A stretch of DNA of 63,588 nt, the filler included, from Lenisia limosa (lineage: Eukaryota > Protista > Breviatea), in assembly GCA_001655205.1 (NCBI GenBank). It is 15 parts of 15 records of this genome, joined end to end, with 100 filler letters (N's around TTAATTAATTAA, not from the genome) between each part and the next. Parts side by side here need not be neighbours in the genome. Positions count along the whole stretch, not along the records: positions 36,422 to 39,086 come from LPNZ01004392.1; positions 39,187 to 41,397 come from LPNZ01009479.1; positions 41,498 to 46,830 come from LPNZ01003396.1; positions 46,931 to 49,605 come from LPNZ01004657.1; positions 49,706 to 51,078 come from LPNZ01005696.1; positions 51,179 to 60,356 come from LPNZ01008346.1; 9 more parts are not named here. One strand, written 5' to 3'. Of the stretch, positions 36,440 to 51,729 are shown one piece after another. The stretch's first letter is position 1; each line of letters starts with the position of its first letter. Made by a program: the position numbers and the translations under genes. The notes beneath the pieces were generated by a model. It worked only from the letters and a program-made list of their open reading frames with translations. It was not told the DNA's origin and did not search any database.

Positions 36440-38790
36440 ATGTATTGATATTGTGTCAGTCGGATAGTTGCCACCAGTATGCCAACCTTGACAAGCATTT
36501 TCTCCATCTTTTTGAGCTTGGTTTTGGTTTCCTTATCCAGTCCAACCGCAGAGCGTGTGGTGACACGACTTGCCTAAAAAGAAAGGTCATATATATATAC
36601 TTTGTCCCAAAATAAAAGTGATATGTTGGATGGGATTACGAAAAAAAAAAAAGGAAGAATGAAACTTTCATTCGCAGTGTCAATGAGTTCAAATAAGGTG
36701 TTTTATAAAGCCATTTCCCTCGCAACAATCCATGAGGGTATAAACATCTTAGGCTTCAGCTTCCGTATAAGGAAGTAAAACTGCTCATATACCTTGACTT
36801 CCTTTTATGGAAACAAAAGGAGCCCATTTACCTTGACCTCCTTGGCAGTGCCGCCCCGTGATTTCTTTCCTTCAGGGGTGCGCTTTCCACTATCGGGTCA
36901 AAAGGGTGCCTTTCAATGCAGCTCAAAGGAGCGTTTACGAATATGGCGGGNNNNNNNNNNNNNNNNNNNNNNNNNNNNNNNNNNNNNNNNNNNNNNNNNN
37001 NNNNNNNNNNNNNNNNNNNNNNNNNNNNNNNNNNNNNNNNCTGCAACATATCATTCATAACATATAAATCCACATGTTTGTAAACACAAGGACCCACTTT
37101 CTCGAGGCAGATGACTGGGGAATGGGCGAGTTGGTGGAACTGAGGCATTAGGGGAAGGTAGCTATGGCAAAACTAAGTTTTATTGAAGGTTTAGTCTCCT
37201 ATTGATATACCAAACGAGCGTGACGTTATCGCAAATTTCCTGTTTACCGCGCAGTGATGCCGCCAGTCTGAAGATCTTCTTCCTCCACAGAGTCATCGGT
37301 TGCCACTATGTCGACGCTGTCTGGAGGAGTGAGAGAGATATGGGGGGNNNNNNNNNNNNNNNNNNNNNNNNNNNNNNNNNNNNNNNNNNNNNNNNNNNNN
37401 NNNNNNNNNNNNNNNNNNNNNNNNNNNNNNNNNNNNNNNNNNNNNNNNNNNNNNNNNNNNNNNNNNNNNNNNNNNNNNNNNNNNNNNNNNNNNNNNNNNN
37501 NNNNNNNNNNNNNNNNNNNNNNNNNNNNNNNNNNNNNNNNNNNNGACATACCTTCAAGAACTGAATTTCCTGGTGTCAAGAGAGGCGTCAGGTCTACTGC
37601 AGCACTGCCGCGATACTAAATATGGTAACTACTAAAACAGGAAGGTTATTGTCCGTTTTAATTTGCGAAATCGCTGCCAACTCTTTTCCAATTGGGGTCC
37701 GTCAAGCCGTCGGCCTTGAGTCTGAGGTCACGCACAACCTCGACACGCCATCCTTCCGCACCTCCTGCGGCAACTGTCCGCATTTTTGACATTCCAAGCG
37801 GGCCACACCAGATCTACAAGGGGGGGGGGGGATGAGAGATTTCCTGGACAAGTCCGACAAGATATATATATATAAGTGTTTATCGGGAATTTATCGATAA
37901 TAACTGAACCACTGCGGATAAATTCTTTGAAATCTGCACCCCCACCTTCAGTCCAGCATCCGGGAAAACGATTCTCTGACCGCCAACGTCACCATGGGCC
38001 AAGTTCTCGCCTAGAATGGTGAGACAACCAGGTGGGACTATGCCGTATGTGTGTGTCAGTTAGATTGAAGATACGTTAGAATGAGAAATAATAAGGCAAG
38101 CCTGAGAGACCACACTTAAAAGCATAAAGATGATATACGGACGAGTAATAAAACAGGGCTGTATCTGGCCGAAGCTCTATGGTATGATCTTGGTAAACAA
38201 TGCCATTTATATCGTCGAAGTAGACCCTGCAACTTTGTAGCATGACAGAGCCTCCACTGAGTGTAAGGTACTTCAACCCTCCTATGGGGGGCACCATGTA
38301 TTCGGGGTTGGCGATTGGAGCAAGAAGGGGGAATTCTGGCTCAATTTCACCAGATTCTGTCAGAGCTGGGGGGAAGGCGGTGTGACAAAAATGACAAATG
38401 CACCATTCTAACGTAATGCACCATGAGAATAAATAATGCCACTATTCCCACACCATCATCATCCAGCTCAACCTCCCACCATCATCATCCAGCTCAACAG
38501 GCTGTATGTCTGGCACGGGGATCATTAGAGAGTAAGCAAACATGTCGTTATCCTTATTGCCATCTGCTGGGAGGTGCTGCAGGAGTAAATATTGTAACCC
38601 GAAATCAACTCGTCTAAAAACATCCAAAGGTTTGAAAATGAAAAAGTGAAGGAAGAATGTGGAGTGGCTCAGAAAGTAGTTCAGATCAGTGGGAGCAATA
38701 TAGCATACCAGGGAAGAAGGAAGTGACACAATTGACAGGAATTTGAACGACAGAAAGCCGCAGTTTGCCTCATCTTCAACAGTAACCTGT
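36440..38790 (-). CDS. Unidentified multi-exon gene
   Basis: Several open GT-AG-bounded exons (e.g. ESGEIEPEFPLLAPIANPEYMVPP; DVFRRVDFGLQYLLLQHLP); no family recognised. Confidence 0.35.
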
Positions 38791-38941
38791 GATGGCGTTA
38801 TTGGTTAACAACTTTGATTAATTTTCTCTAGCAACTGTAGTAAGTGTTGTTTCAACAGTTAAAGGTTGAATTTACTGTGGTCATTATCTGAATAAGGATC
38901 ATATATAGTATGATACTATATATAAATATATATCATACTAT

Positions 38942-39086
38942 ACAATATACTACATGGATAGGATCATAAAGGGAACTAGAGGGACCAATATACTACATGG
39001 ATAGGATCATAAAGGGAACAAGAGGGCCAATATACTACATAGATAGGATCATGAAGGGAACTAGAGGGACCAATATACTACATAGA
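38942..39086. repeat. ~43-bp minisatellite x3.4 (CAATATACTACATGGATAGGATCATAAAGGGAACTAGAGGGAC)
   Basis: Direct inspection; runs into the scaffold end. Confidence 0.92.
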
Positions 39087-39186
39087 NNNNNNNNNNNNNN
39101 NNNNNNNNNNNNNNNNNNNNNNNNNNNNNNTTAATTAATTAANNNNNNNNNNNNNNNNNNNNNNNNNNNNNNNNNNNNNNNNNNNN

Positions 39187-39300
39187 AGTATGCTGGGGGG
39201 GCACGCGGAAAGCTGTGTGCACAGAGTTGTAAGGTAACTGATTCGGTGAATTAATATTATACTATACTCCAATATCTCATAAGCGTGATGGTGTGAAGAC
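39187..39300 (+). mobile_element. R2 copy (5' and middle part)
   Basis: AGTATGCTGGGGGGCACGCGG...CACAGAGTTGTAAGG...CCAATATCTCATAAGCGTGATGGTGTG. Confidence 0.75.
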
Positions 39301-39333
39301 CACCCCCCGCCACTTTTTCGGCTTGTTTCACAG

Positions 39334-41282
39334 GGAACATTTCATTAAGATCTGGGGGTGCAGTAAACCCGGCCATTGCTTTCGACATGGTGTCCCTATA
39401 GAGTAAGCGCATGTAAATATTTCCTTTTATGTAAAGCGGAATAAAGAAGTTTCCTTATTAGGCAATAAGAATCCCTGCTTACCAGCCTAATGGCACAAAA
39501 CATGAGTCCCGAGAAATCCCGTCAGCAGGGGGGCATGAGACCGAAATCCCAGCCATATGCGCCAAGTACGTCCGCGCGCGTCTCATCCCCATTCCGCTGT
39601 GTGCACTGATAAATACCAGGCCGGCACCATCTGGTGGTGGGGGGGGGGGNNNNNNNNNNNNNNNNNNNNNNNNNNNNNNNNNNNNNNNNNNNNNNNNNNN
39701 NNNNNNNNNNNNNAACAAAAAAAAAACAATAACAAACACGTGCAACCAACGCAAAAACTAAACAAAAACAAGATGACACCCACATTCACAAACATAAACA
39801 CACACACCCAGTCACCCCTCTCACATTGCAGGCATTCATGTCGAAGGGCCGCGCATATCGAATCCGGGCGCGGGTCTTCTGCTGTTACCATTTCTGACAT
39901 GATTAGGCAATATCTAGCGAGAAGCAAGATATCAAGGGTTAACGTTGTTGAAAGAATTTGGTATTCTATATCGGAATATTTATATTAAACATGATGGGGG
40001 AACCCAATATCATGTGATCTACGATAATATCCCCCCAATGCCATCATATCANNNNNNNNNNNNNNNNNNNNNNNNNNNNNNNNNNNNNNNNNNNNNNNNN
40101 NNNNNNNNNNNNNNNNNNNNNNNNNNNNNNNNNNNNNNNNNNNNNNNNNNNNNNNNNNNNNNNNNNNNNNNNNNNNNNNNNNNNNNNNNNNNNNNNNNNN
40201 NNNNNNNNNNNNNNNNNNNNNNNNNNNNNNNNNNNNNNNNNNNNNNNNNNNNNNNNNTTTTAAAATTGCAAGGATAGATAAAACTGGCTGGAGAGTAAGG
40301 GAAATATAGAGGAGTGATTGTAAGATACAGACAAAGAAACACACTATCAGATAGTAAGGGGCTACAACAATGCGAAGAAAATAATATGGGTGGCGTGGTT
40401 GGACAAAATGTTAACAAAAGGTGTTTCAAGTGTCAGGAAAAGACAAAGGACGGAAAAATCCAATCAACCCCAGATAGTAAACACTCCAGGGCTTCACTTT
40501 GGTTCTAAAAAGACTGAATTAATCAATAAATCCTCAAAAACTATCGATATTTTACCGGTCTTTTCGAATCGAAGGAAGCCCCAAAATACTCCTTCTTACA
40601 TCCCTCCCTTTGACTCACTTCAGAGTCTTCGTCTGCGCTATACGACTGTCGGACTAAAACTGTGAATAAAGCATGGAGGAAATAAGGAAAAAGGCTTAGA
40701 AAGAATATAGAACAAAGCTTGGGAACACTGGCTTGTAAAACGACACCCTCCACACACACACACTTTTTATCACCATCCTTTTACCCCCCCCCCCCNNNNN
40801 NNNNNNNNNNNNNNNNNNNNNNNNNNNNNNNNNNNNNNNNNNNNNNNNNNNNNNNNNNNNNNNNNNNNNNNNNNNNNNGCGCAGTTTCGGCCACCACATC
40901 CATCCAGAAGCGCAGATCGGATACACACGTACCGGGCTATTGGGGGTCAATTATATGCTTTGGTGGGAGGCCCGAAATCAACTTTGTTAGCTTGAATCAC
41001 ACAAGGGTTAATAACAACAAAACAACGCACAAGACAAGACAGTCGCCTCTGCAGCACGCATCCCATCACTCCAGTCAATATGGCTCTCTCAGAAGTGGGA
41101 TAATTTACCCCCCAAAAAAAAATATTCTAAAAAAAAGTTTTAAATGCAAAAGTGTGTTTAACAACGGTTTTATTTCAGAAATAACAAAGGTTGCGTGGAA
41201 ACAAAACAATAAGAATGGTGGGCTGGTGTTTTGGTCTTTAGATCTTAAACACGGGAAGTCCAACATGGTTGTCTTCCCGACA
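39334..41282 (-). CDS. Cytoplasmic dynein light intermediate chain (DYNC1LI-like), partial
   Basis: P-loop-like VGKTTML, then ALRHECLQ|YGAGLVFISAHSG..YLAH..SRDSCFVPLGW|DTMSK, matching DLIC FCLQYGAALIYTS..KDAVFIPAGWD. Confidence 0.78.
40487..40583. mobile_element. M1 MITE, full length
   Basis: CAGGGCTTCAC...GAAGCCCCA; 8-bp TSD AAACACTC/AAATACTC. Confidence 0.88.
40970..41074 (-). repeat. R3 copy near the 3' end of a DLIC intron
   Basis: Minus strand CTGGAGTGATGGGATGCGTGCTGCAGAGGCGAC...TTATTAACCCTTGTGTG...AAAGTTGATTTCGGG; acceptor AG at 40937-40938. Confidence 0.78.
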
Positions 41283-41498
41283 CTGCAAATTATGGCTTAT
41301 ACAACATTAATCTATGAGTATACAACTTTGAATAAAGGAAAATAAATATGATTGAATGTGATAATCCATCACTTGTAAAACCTTTAAATTTGTATACNNN
41401 NNNNNNNNNNNNNNNNNNNNNNNNNNNNNNNNNNNNNNNNNTTAATTAATTAANNNNNNNNNNNNNNNNNNNNNNNNNNNNNNNNNNNNNNNNNNNNG

Positions 41499-42797
41499 AC
41501 TACACCGCGAACGGCAGCTGGGAGGTGGGGGGGGGGGCAGGAGGTAGTGAGGGGGCTCATGGAAATGAGCTTGTCTGCTATCAGCAGGATTCCATTAACT
41601 TTCTTAAAAGCAATAAAAACCGACCATTTAGACATTCTTGTCCTACGAGGATCCCGAAGCGGATATTCTGGTCGGATTGCTGAGACTGCGCAAGCCTTCA
41701 AAGGAGGTTAGTTGCACCCCTTTCTCCTCTCACCACTTGTGTCAAATATCGGGCTAATCATGTTGATTTTGTTTTATTTTGTTTTACAGATCCCTCTCCC
41801 TCCCCAACCCCTCCGTGTATAATTTTTGTGCTACTTTGAAAAGAGAACCGTTAGTGTCCATTTGTATGTTGAGCCATTTTTTTGGGCAAGTTACATTTGC
41901 GCTAATTGAGAAACTTGAGTGCACCCCCCTACTTCCTGAAACAGACCATTTGCACCAAGCTAAAGCATAAGATAATCAGATAATACGCAAAATAAGACCC
42001 AGGGATAAACAGCCAGCTTACGCATCAAGGTGTTCCGTCCAGAGCTGAAGGGAAGGACGTCCATTGTTCGCGAACTCCATGTATACGGTACCGTCGTGTC
42101 TGTGCATGAGAGGTGGGGGTATGGATAGGGCTTCGTAATGGTCCGAACAATTCCGTAAAAATATCTATATTTATCGAGGATTTATCGGAAATTCCGTCTT
42201 TTTTTTGGGACATAAGTAGCCCTAGGTATGTATGAATGTGTGTGAAGCAGAATAGACTGAAGGGGGCTCTTTTAAGCTGAGCCAACTGAGTTGATTTTTG
42301 TCTCTGTTTCATAAATTGTCCACCCCCCTCCATGAGAATTTTCCTTGTTTGACCGTATAGAGACCCCACGAAGTTCCAGCACCAAGGATTTGGTACTCTT
42401 CTTATGGAGGAGGCAGAAAGGTATGGGAGTGAGTAACTCTTGGTTTTAATCAGACAACTTGAAACGTGGATCATTTTAACCTGGAGTTCATAGTAGTTAT
42501 ATATCATACTACTGTTAAAGATCCTAGGTTTTATTTTGTATATTTTTCAGCTCTCAGAAACAATCTGACACTTTAGGATTTCTCTCAACGAACACGGGTC
42601 CACTAAAGTGGCCGTTATTTCGGGTATCGGCACCCGTCACTACTACGCCAAGCTTGGTTACAGGTTTGTGGGGGTTTGAACCTTGAATCGGTATTCAAAT
42701 GTACGAAATCGGTTTTCAAATGTACAAAATTCTAACATCGTACAGACTTGAAGGCGCGTACATGGTCAAGGACCTCAACCCTGACGATTACATCTGA
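41499..42797 (+). CDS. ELP3: Elongator complex protein 3, C-terminal acetyltransferase domain
   Basis: DYTANGSWE|[21 protein letters not shown]|..[10 protein letters not shown]..|[20 protein letters not shown]|..[19 protein letters not shown]|[11 protein letters not shown]; TGA at 42795-42797. Confidence 0.97.
42126..42224. mobile_element. M1 MITE, diverged, in an ELP3 intron
   Basis: TAGGGCTTC...GTAGCCCTA; 8-bp TSD GGTATGGA/GGTATGTA. Confidence 0.8.
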
Positions 42798-43168
42798 AGC
42801 CTCTAATTGTCACGTGACAGTTCAGTTCGCTCCAGTTCATCAACCACTAACTGGCCTTTGTCTTATACATTGCTTCTGAATTCCATTGGGGTGGGCTAAG
42901 GTCGAGTTTGATTTATAGTATTGACAGTTTCGTTTTGCAATTTTTATCTTTTTATCATTATCGCACACCAAACACAACCATTGCAAACACTGCTGCAACG
43001 CTGCAACACTACAGCAAAACAGCAAACCTAAAAACAAGACAAAACCATCAGAAAACCATTTGAAAACAATTGCAAAACAACACAAAACTGAAATGAACCA
43101 TTTTTGTTACATCAGTTACACTGTAACTTATAAAAGGTATGTTTTTTTTTCAAGAAAACAACTTGAAA

Positions 43169-44927
43169 ATGTTAGCAGCACAACAGAAGGAACACCAGGC
43201 ACAGGTGCATCAATACAAAATCCAAAATGAGCAAATCAAGAATTCACTAAATACGCAGGTAGCCTCTTCCTCGAGTGCCTTGCTCGATTCTGTCAACAAT
43301 GGAGTTGCTGAGGTGCGTTTCCGGAAGCGGTTGACGGAATACTCACTTCCCTCCGCAGATATTTGCCCGACAAAGACAACTCGATACCGAGATCATGGCG
43401 CTTCAAGGGGAAACAACTGTGGGCTGGAGTGTAAACCTTTGTAATTTTTATTACCTAAGCTTTACTTCGTTAGTTGTTCCTTTGATTCTCTTTTCACGAA
43501 ACAAGCCTCTTCTTCCTCTTGTACTGTTGGTATTTATAGTTGTTCTCTTCCACACTTTGTCTTTATTTATATGCAGACGCTAGTGTTTTATTTGTGGTCA
43601 GACGTTTACTTCAGCACTTGTTACCTCTAAATTGTTGTTTTGTATCCTTTTTCCCTCCCATCCCATCCACAATCCACCCATCATTTTTACGCTGGAGTGA
43701 AGGGATGCTATACTGCAGAAGCGACTGGCCTGAGCTTNNNNNNNNNNNNNNNNNNNNNNNNNNNNNNNNNNNNNNNNNNNNNNNNNNNNNNNNNNNNNNN
43801 NNNNNNNNNNNNNNNNNNNNNNNNNNNNNNNNNNNNNNNNNNNNNNNNNNNNNNNNNNNNNNNNNNNNNNNNNNNNNNNNNNNNNNNNNNNNNNNNNNNN
43901 NNNNNNNNNNNNNNNNNNNNNNNNNNNNNNNNNNNNNNNNNNNNNNNNNNTACATACTACAATCCAAATGGTGTGAACAGCTTCGGCCAGATAAAAACTT
44001 TTTCATTTCTCACCCCTCTCCTCTCTCTCTCTCTCTCTATGATATAAGCCCATCATTATCCACCCAGCATTCCCCATTATTTTTCGTCACTCCCATACAA
44101 TGACAACAGATTCCTTTCTTACCCACGTCAGAGGTTTGTTGGTCAGTCTCAGACTTGGTTGACCTCGATGAATCGTCTCAATGAATCGTTGAAGGTCAAA
44201 GGGGAGGTGTCTTTGTTAAAATATTAAACGGTCAAACTAAGTTTCGGTTTTCTTTCTTTCATCAATTCCCCATTAAAAAGGGTCACTTCCGTCTTAATCA
44301 GCGTAATATCAAATGATGTTGTTTTATTTTGAGTATTAATTCGAGGTTTTCACTCCTTTTGTTACCAATCCTGTTATCAGCTGTGGTTTATTTCTCATTT
44401 CTACGTAACGTTTCATTTGATACTCTCTATAAGCTTCAAAACGTTTCCAAAAAAAGACTTAATCTCGATTTTCTACAGCCTTAAGAAGCTCCAACTACTA
44501 CCCCGTTGATTGACGTTTGACTGTTTAGGAGCTTGGAGATGTGGAGTCATGGGCAAGGTCAATAGAGTAGGAAGGCCCGATTTCTTTTTGTTGAAATTAA
44601 TAACCGGAATTTTGAGTTTGGATGTCTGGAATGGGGTTCTTGTTGCACAAAGTCCCACTAATAATACGGGACTTAGCTAGCAATATCATAATATCATACT
44701 GTTCATGCATAATATTTAGGCAATAGAGTTGAGTTTGGTTTTTTATGTTTCATAAATTTTCAATTTTTACGGAGAGGCTTTTTTTTCATATATTTCCTAT
44801 TTTACTCCCCCTCTTCCCCTTCAGCCTCTTTGATTGTTTGTTTAAATTTTTTTTATTTTACATTTTCTTACTGTTTAGATGGGACATGATGAGTGTTTCA
44901 AAAGGTTTGAGGGAGTACAGAAAGTGA
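43169..44927 (+). CDS. BLOC1S1: BLOC-1 subunit 1 (BLOS1/GCN5L1)
   Basis: MLAAQQKEHQAQ..LLDSVNNGVAE|IFARQRQLDTEIMALQGETT|RFVGQSQTWLTSMNRLNESLK|ELGDVESWARSIE|WDMMSVSKGLREYRK*; complete and collinear with BLOS1. Confidence 0.93.
43691..43737 (+). repeat. R3 head in a BLOC1S1 intron (runs into gap)
   Basis: GCTGGAGTGAAGGGATGCTATACTGCAGAAGCGACTGGCCTGAGCTT. Confidence 0.75.
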
Positions 44928-45159
44928 ATAGTTTTGTGTTGACCATATTTTTTATCATTTATTAAGTCTCTTCTCCTTTAATATTGATGTGGATGAGGTA
45001 GACAGTCCCTGGTTTTGTTTTGTTTATAAAGCCCTTTTTTGCCTCCTCCCTGTTTTTAGTTGTGTTACCTGCGTTCAATAGATCCTTTTTTGTTGCTTTA
45101 TTAGAGTTGAGATTCTGTAATGTGTATTACCATCCCATCTCCAAAGCCTTTTTTTGTTC

Positions 45160-46692
45160 CTGATCACGCAGCATTGACGTCTTTGGCACCTCCAACTGAC
45201 ACCATTCTTCCCGCAGACCCCCCTTCAGCTTAAGTCCTGTTCGACTCTTTTCGTAAGGGGGTGGTGGGTGGTAATATGTTTTCTTTCTTTGGTGAGCCGG
45301 CTTCATATCTCTCTTTATTTATGTTGATGTTTATTCAGAAATTACCTTCTACATAGTCATAGCTAGAAATCGTAAACTTACACTTTTTAGACCTATATCG
45401 AAGACACACGCAAGACAATGTGTATCTATTTATTTTTGGCGATGAATTTCTTATCAATCCAACAGTTTCTTGGACTTCACATGATCAGGATCCGCGAATC
45501 TTAGTTCTTAGTCCTCTTGCTTTGTAACTCTGTTCAACAAACGTAATTCAGCATCAGTTGTATGTAAAGATGTATGAACAGTTGCCAATCTCTTATGAAC
45601 GTGATGGTGCGGTAGGTCGGCTAGATGTAATCTTATTTTCCTCATCTCCAATGATGATACAAACAAACCCCATTATTAACAGTCTCAAAATAGCCATTCA
45701 GTATTCCAATGACGGGGAAGATACAAACCATAGAACCTAGACAAACAAAAACAAAAACTGAAACAACTCTACTCAATTGCCATAGCGTTCAGAGACCTCC
45801 CAAGCGCATCCTTCATTTCAGCCACTGAGCAGGCCATCTAGAATGTCAACTCTTCTGTTCTTTTCTTCTTCCAGAGAGTCAGCGGTTATGTTCATGGCAC
45901 AATGATACAGGTCAACAATTTTTTTTTTTTTTTTTNNNNNNNNNNNNNNNNNNNNNNNNNNNNNNNNNNNNNNNNNNNNNNNNNNNNNNNNNNNNNNNNN
46001 NNNNNNNNNNNNNNNNNNNNNNNNNNNNNNNNNNNNNNNNNNNNNNNNNNNNNNNNNNNNNNNNNNNNNNNNNNNNNNNNNNNNNNNNNNNNNNNNNNNN
46101 NNNNNNNNNNNNNNNNNNNNNNNNNNNNNNNNNNNNNNNTGGGAGGTGTGAGAGCGGGATCAAAGGTGCGAATTTAGCCACCCTTCATAGAAAATAAAAC
46201 CCTGGTTTTTCACAAAATAGCCTGATCCAGGCACCGCCCCTAATCTCATATGTACCTAGGGCTTCACTTCGGTTCAAAAAACACCGGTAAAATATCGATA
46301 GTTTTTCGAGTATTTAATTCGAGAAATTCAGTCTTTTTTCGAACCAAAGTGAAACCCTATATCACATGTACCCCATCTATTCAGTTGTACCCCCCCCCCC
46401 CNNNNNNNNNNNNNNNNNNNNNNNNNNNNNNNNNNNNNNNNNNNNNNNNNNNNNNNNNNNNNNNNNNNNNNNNNNNNNNNNNNNNNNNNNNNNNNNNNNN
46501 NNNNNNNNNNNNNNNNNNNNNNNNNNNNNNNNNNNNNNNNNNNNNNNNNNNNNNNNNNNNNNNNNNNNNNNNNNNNNNNNNNNNNNNNNNNCAAGGCCTC
46601 GGATTGGTAGGGGATTGGTATCTACGCGAAGTTTGCTGCTTCCGCGGCCGAGCTTGCCAAACTCATTGGAGCCCCAGGAGTAGAGCTGTGGT
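45160..46692 (+). CDS. Unidentified multi-exon gene
   Basis: Plus-strand acceptors and donors (e.g. TTCTTCTTCCAG|AGAGTC..ATACAG|GT at ~45875-45910; GIGIYAKFAASAAELAKLIGAPGVELW|GTAAG). Confidence 0.4.
46257..46359. mobile_element. M1 MITE, full length
   Basis: TAGGGCTTCACTTCGGTTCAAAAA...TTTTTTCGAACCAAAGTGAAACCCTA. Confidence 0.88.
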
Positions 46693-46930
46693 GTAAGTAA
46701 AACGAAGGAAATTTCGATGAAAAATAAGACGTAAAGGCACTAGGTGTAGTACAGCTGTGCAGACGTAAGCCATGTTCGGACAAATACAACCTGCTTTATA
46801 TTCCCATCTTTACATAGAGGTAATTACGGANNNNNNNNNNNNNNNNNNNNNNNNNNNNNNNNNNNNNNNNNNNNTTAATTAATTAANNNNNNNNNNNNNN
46901 NNNNNNNNNNNNNNNNNNNNNNNNNNNNNN

Positions 46931-49493
<2,563 letters not shown>

Positions 49494-49705
49494 TCAAAAA
49501 ACATAACAATGAGGATCAAAGTGCTCAAAAGAAATATGGATAATAATTGTAGGGATATGGCATTATCCCATCATAACATCATAAGCTTCCCAAGTGACAG
49601 AACAGNNNNNNNNNNNNNNNNNNNNNNNNNNNNNNNNNNNNNNNNNNNNTTAATTAATTAANNNNNNNNNNNNNNNNNNNNNNNNNNNNNNNNNNNNNNN
49701 NNNNN

Positions 49706-51078
49706 TCTAGGACGACTTGATAGGTGATCAGGTCATGCTGAGCTAGGGCAAGCACGGCACCGCCAAGATAATCGGTCATGATGTATTTCTGGGCATGGAT
49801 CTCCTGGTCTAGAATCCGTCAGTAAACTGCCTTTGGGCTCCGTGCAATTAATTTTTTGAAGAAATAGATTGAAATGTCTGAAATTGAGGTTACAATACAA
49901 TATGTTGCAATTCATTTTTTCACTTAATTGCATAGTAATATGGAAGGTTCACTATTTGGAAGCTCATTACTTACCCTTGAGTTGGCTCAAAATATTGGTC
50001 ACAAGTCTCACACCATCCTAGATTTGTATTAAAAACGAGGGGGGTTAGGTAGTGTTTCACTTCGGTTCGAAAAAAACCCAGGAAAATATCGATAGTTTTC
50101 GAAGATTTATCGAGAAATTTTTTGAACCGAAGTGACTCTAGGTTTAGAGAATCCAAAACAAAGACAAAGTTGAGACCCCCCCCCCCCCNNNNNNNNNNNN
50201 NNNNNNNNNNNNNNNNNNNNNNNNNNNNNNNNNNNNNNNNNNNNNNNNNNNNNNNNNNCCAAGCTCCAGGAACTCCTTACGATGATCTCCTGAGATGATA
50301 AGACCTTCATTGAGAGAAAAAATAAAATCAAGAGAAACAAGCCCACTATTTCAACATAGCACCCACAAAAACGCTCAGACGCAGAGAAGTGATGTATTAC
50401 CCCCACATAAACAAACATCCCACGCTTCACTTCGGTTCGAAAAATACCAGTAAAATATAGATAATTTTCGAGAATTTATCGAGAAATTTAGTATTTTTTC
50501 GAACCAAAGTGAAGCCTTAATCCCCTCCAGCTCTCACCGTTCAGTAGCACGTGGGCGAGTTTACAGTAGCTGACGGCGTCGCGAATGGCCCAATGCGCCT
50601 GATAGCCTTGAAGAGCCGAGACCAGTCGAGGGGCAAAGTGGTCTGAAATGTCAGCCGTCCACAAAATCACGCTTATACTATATGTATATGTATAGCTATG
50701 AGAAACAAAAACAGTTATAAATGCAGCAGTGTGTTTAACAACTATTTTATTTCAGGAAGAGATTAGCAGTTAATTATTATAACAAAAGAATACAATACTG
50801 ATGAAAAAAATAAATAATACGTGAATTGAAAGTCACAACTATATAGATTTTTATTTGAGTTGATGGAGCCTCTTTTTAATAAGAAACAAGGTTGTATCTG
50901 GCCGAAGCCATCCACACCATCACGTTGACAAGAGATATTGAATTAAGCTCAATACCCCCCACTATTCCTAGCCAGAGCCATAGCAAGATGTACGCCAGCA
51001 AGCAGGTAGCAGGCCGGACTCAGTTTGACGAGGGAGACGATGTTGCCCAGCTCCGAGGATGCTATGAATTCGGTGACG
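49706..51078 (-). CDS. Unidentified multi-exon gene fragment
   Basis: Exons such as DQEIHAQKYIMTDYLGGAVLALAQHDL, DGVRLVTNILSQLK, DHFAPRLVSALQGYQAHWAIRDAV. Confidence 0.4.
50050..50140. mobile_element. M1 MITE
   Basis: TAGTGTTTCACTTCGGTTCGAAAA...GAACCGAAGTGACTCTA; flanks GGGTTAGG/GGTTTAGA (6/8). Confidence 0.85.
50424..50519. mobile_element. M1 MITE
   Basis: GCTTCACTTCGGTTCGAAAAATACCAG...TTTTTTCGAACCAAAGTGAAGCCTTA. Confidence 0.87.
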
Positions 51079-51219
51079 NNNNNNNNNNNNNNNNNNNNNN
51101 NNNNNNNNNNNNNNNNNNNNNNTTAATTAATTAANNNNNNNNNNNNNNNNNNNNNNNNNNNNNNNNNNNNNNNNNNNNCTATAACAAAACAAAGACCTGG
51201 AGTAAGGTAATCCATAAAC

Positions 51220-51480
51220 TCACCTCGTAGGGGTTATTGATGATCTCGTATTTTGAGTTCCACTTGTTCCAAGTTTCACTGTCGTCAGGGCTCAGGATCA
51301 GTCCAAGAGACCTGTTCAGTTACCCAGTTTATACTGTTCTTAGCAGTACAGGTCTCAATATTACTACATCCTTCAACCAGAATAAAGCCCCCCAAGGGAT
51401 TCATGCTGATTCGCACAAGCAGTATAGACAGACCACGCAGATCCCACCGTGCTGCCGCCTCTGCCGTCAGAATGAGGGGA
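51220..51480 (-). CDS. Unidentified gene fragment (two exons)
   Basis: RGGSTVGSAWSVYTACANQHESLGGLYS and SLGLILSPDDSETWNKWNSKYEIINNPYE|GTGAG. Confidence 0.3.
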
Positions 51481-51729
51481 ATACTTGAGGAATGCTGGCT
51501 CGGAGGGATTTCAAACATCACAGGCTGTTTAATTAAAATAAAACATGATTTAACAGGGCATCTAAGATCAAAGATTGAGATGAACCATGCTCCTCACTCA
51601 CATTGTGTTCGATGGGAATTTCGGGGTTTGACGCTCTGACATGGTAGATCTGCGACAGAGTGGCTGAACGGTAAGAAAGGCCAGTTCCTTATATGGAAGA
51701 TCAGTTTCTTATATGGAAGGTGTGTGCTA

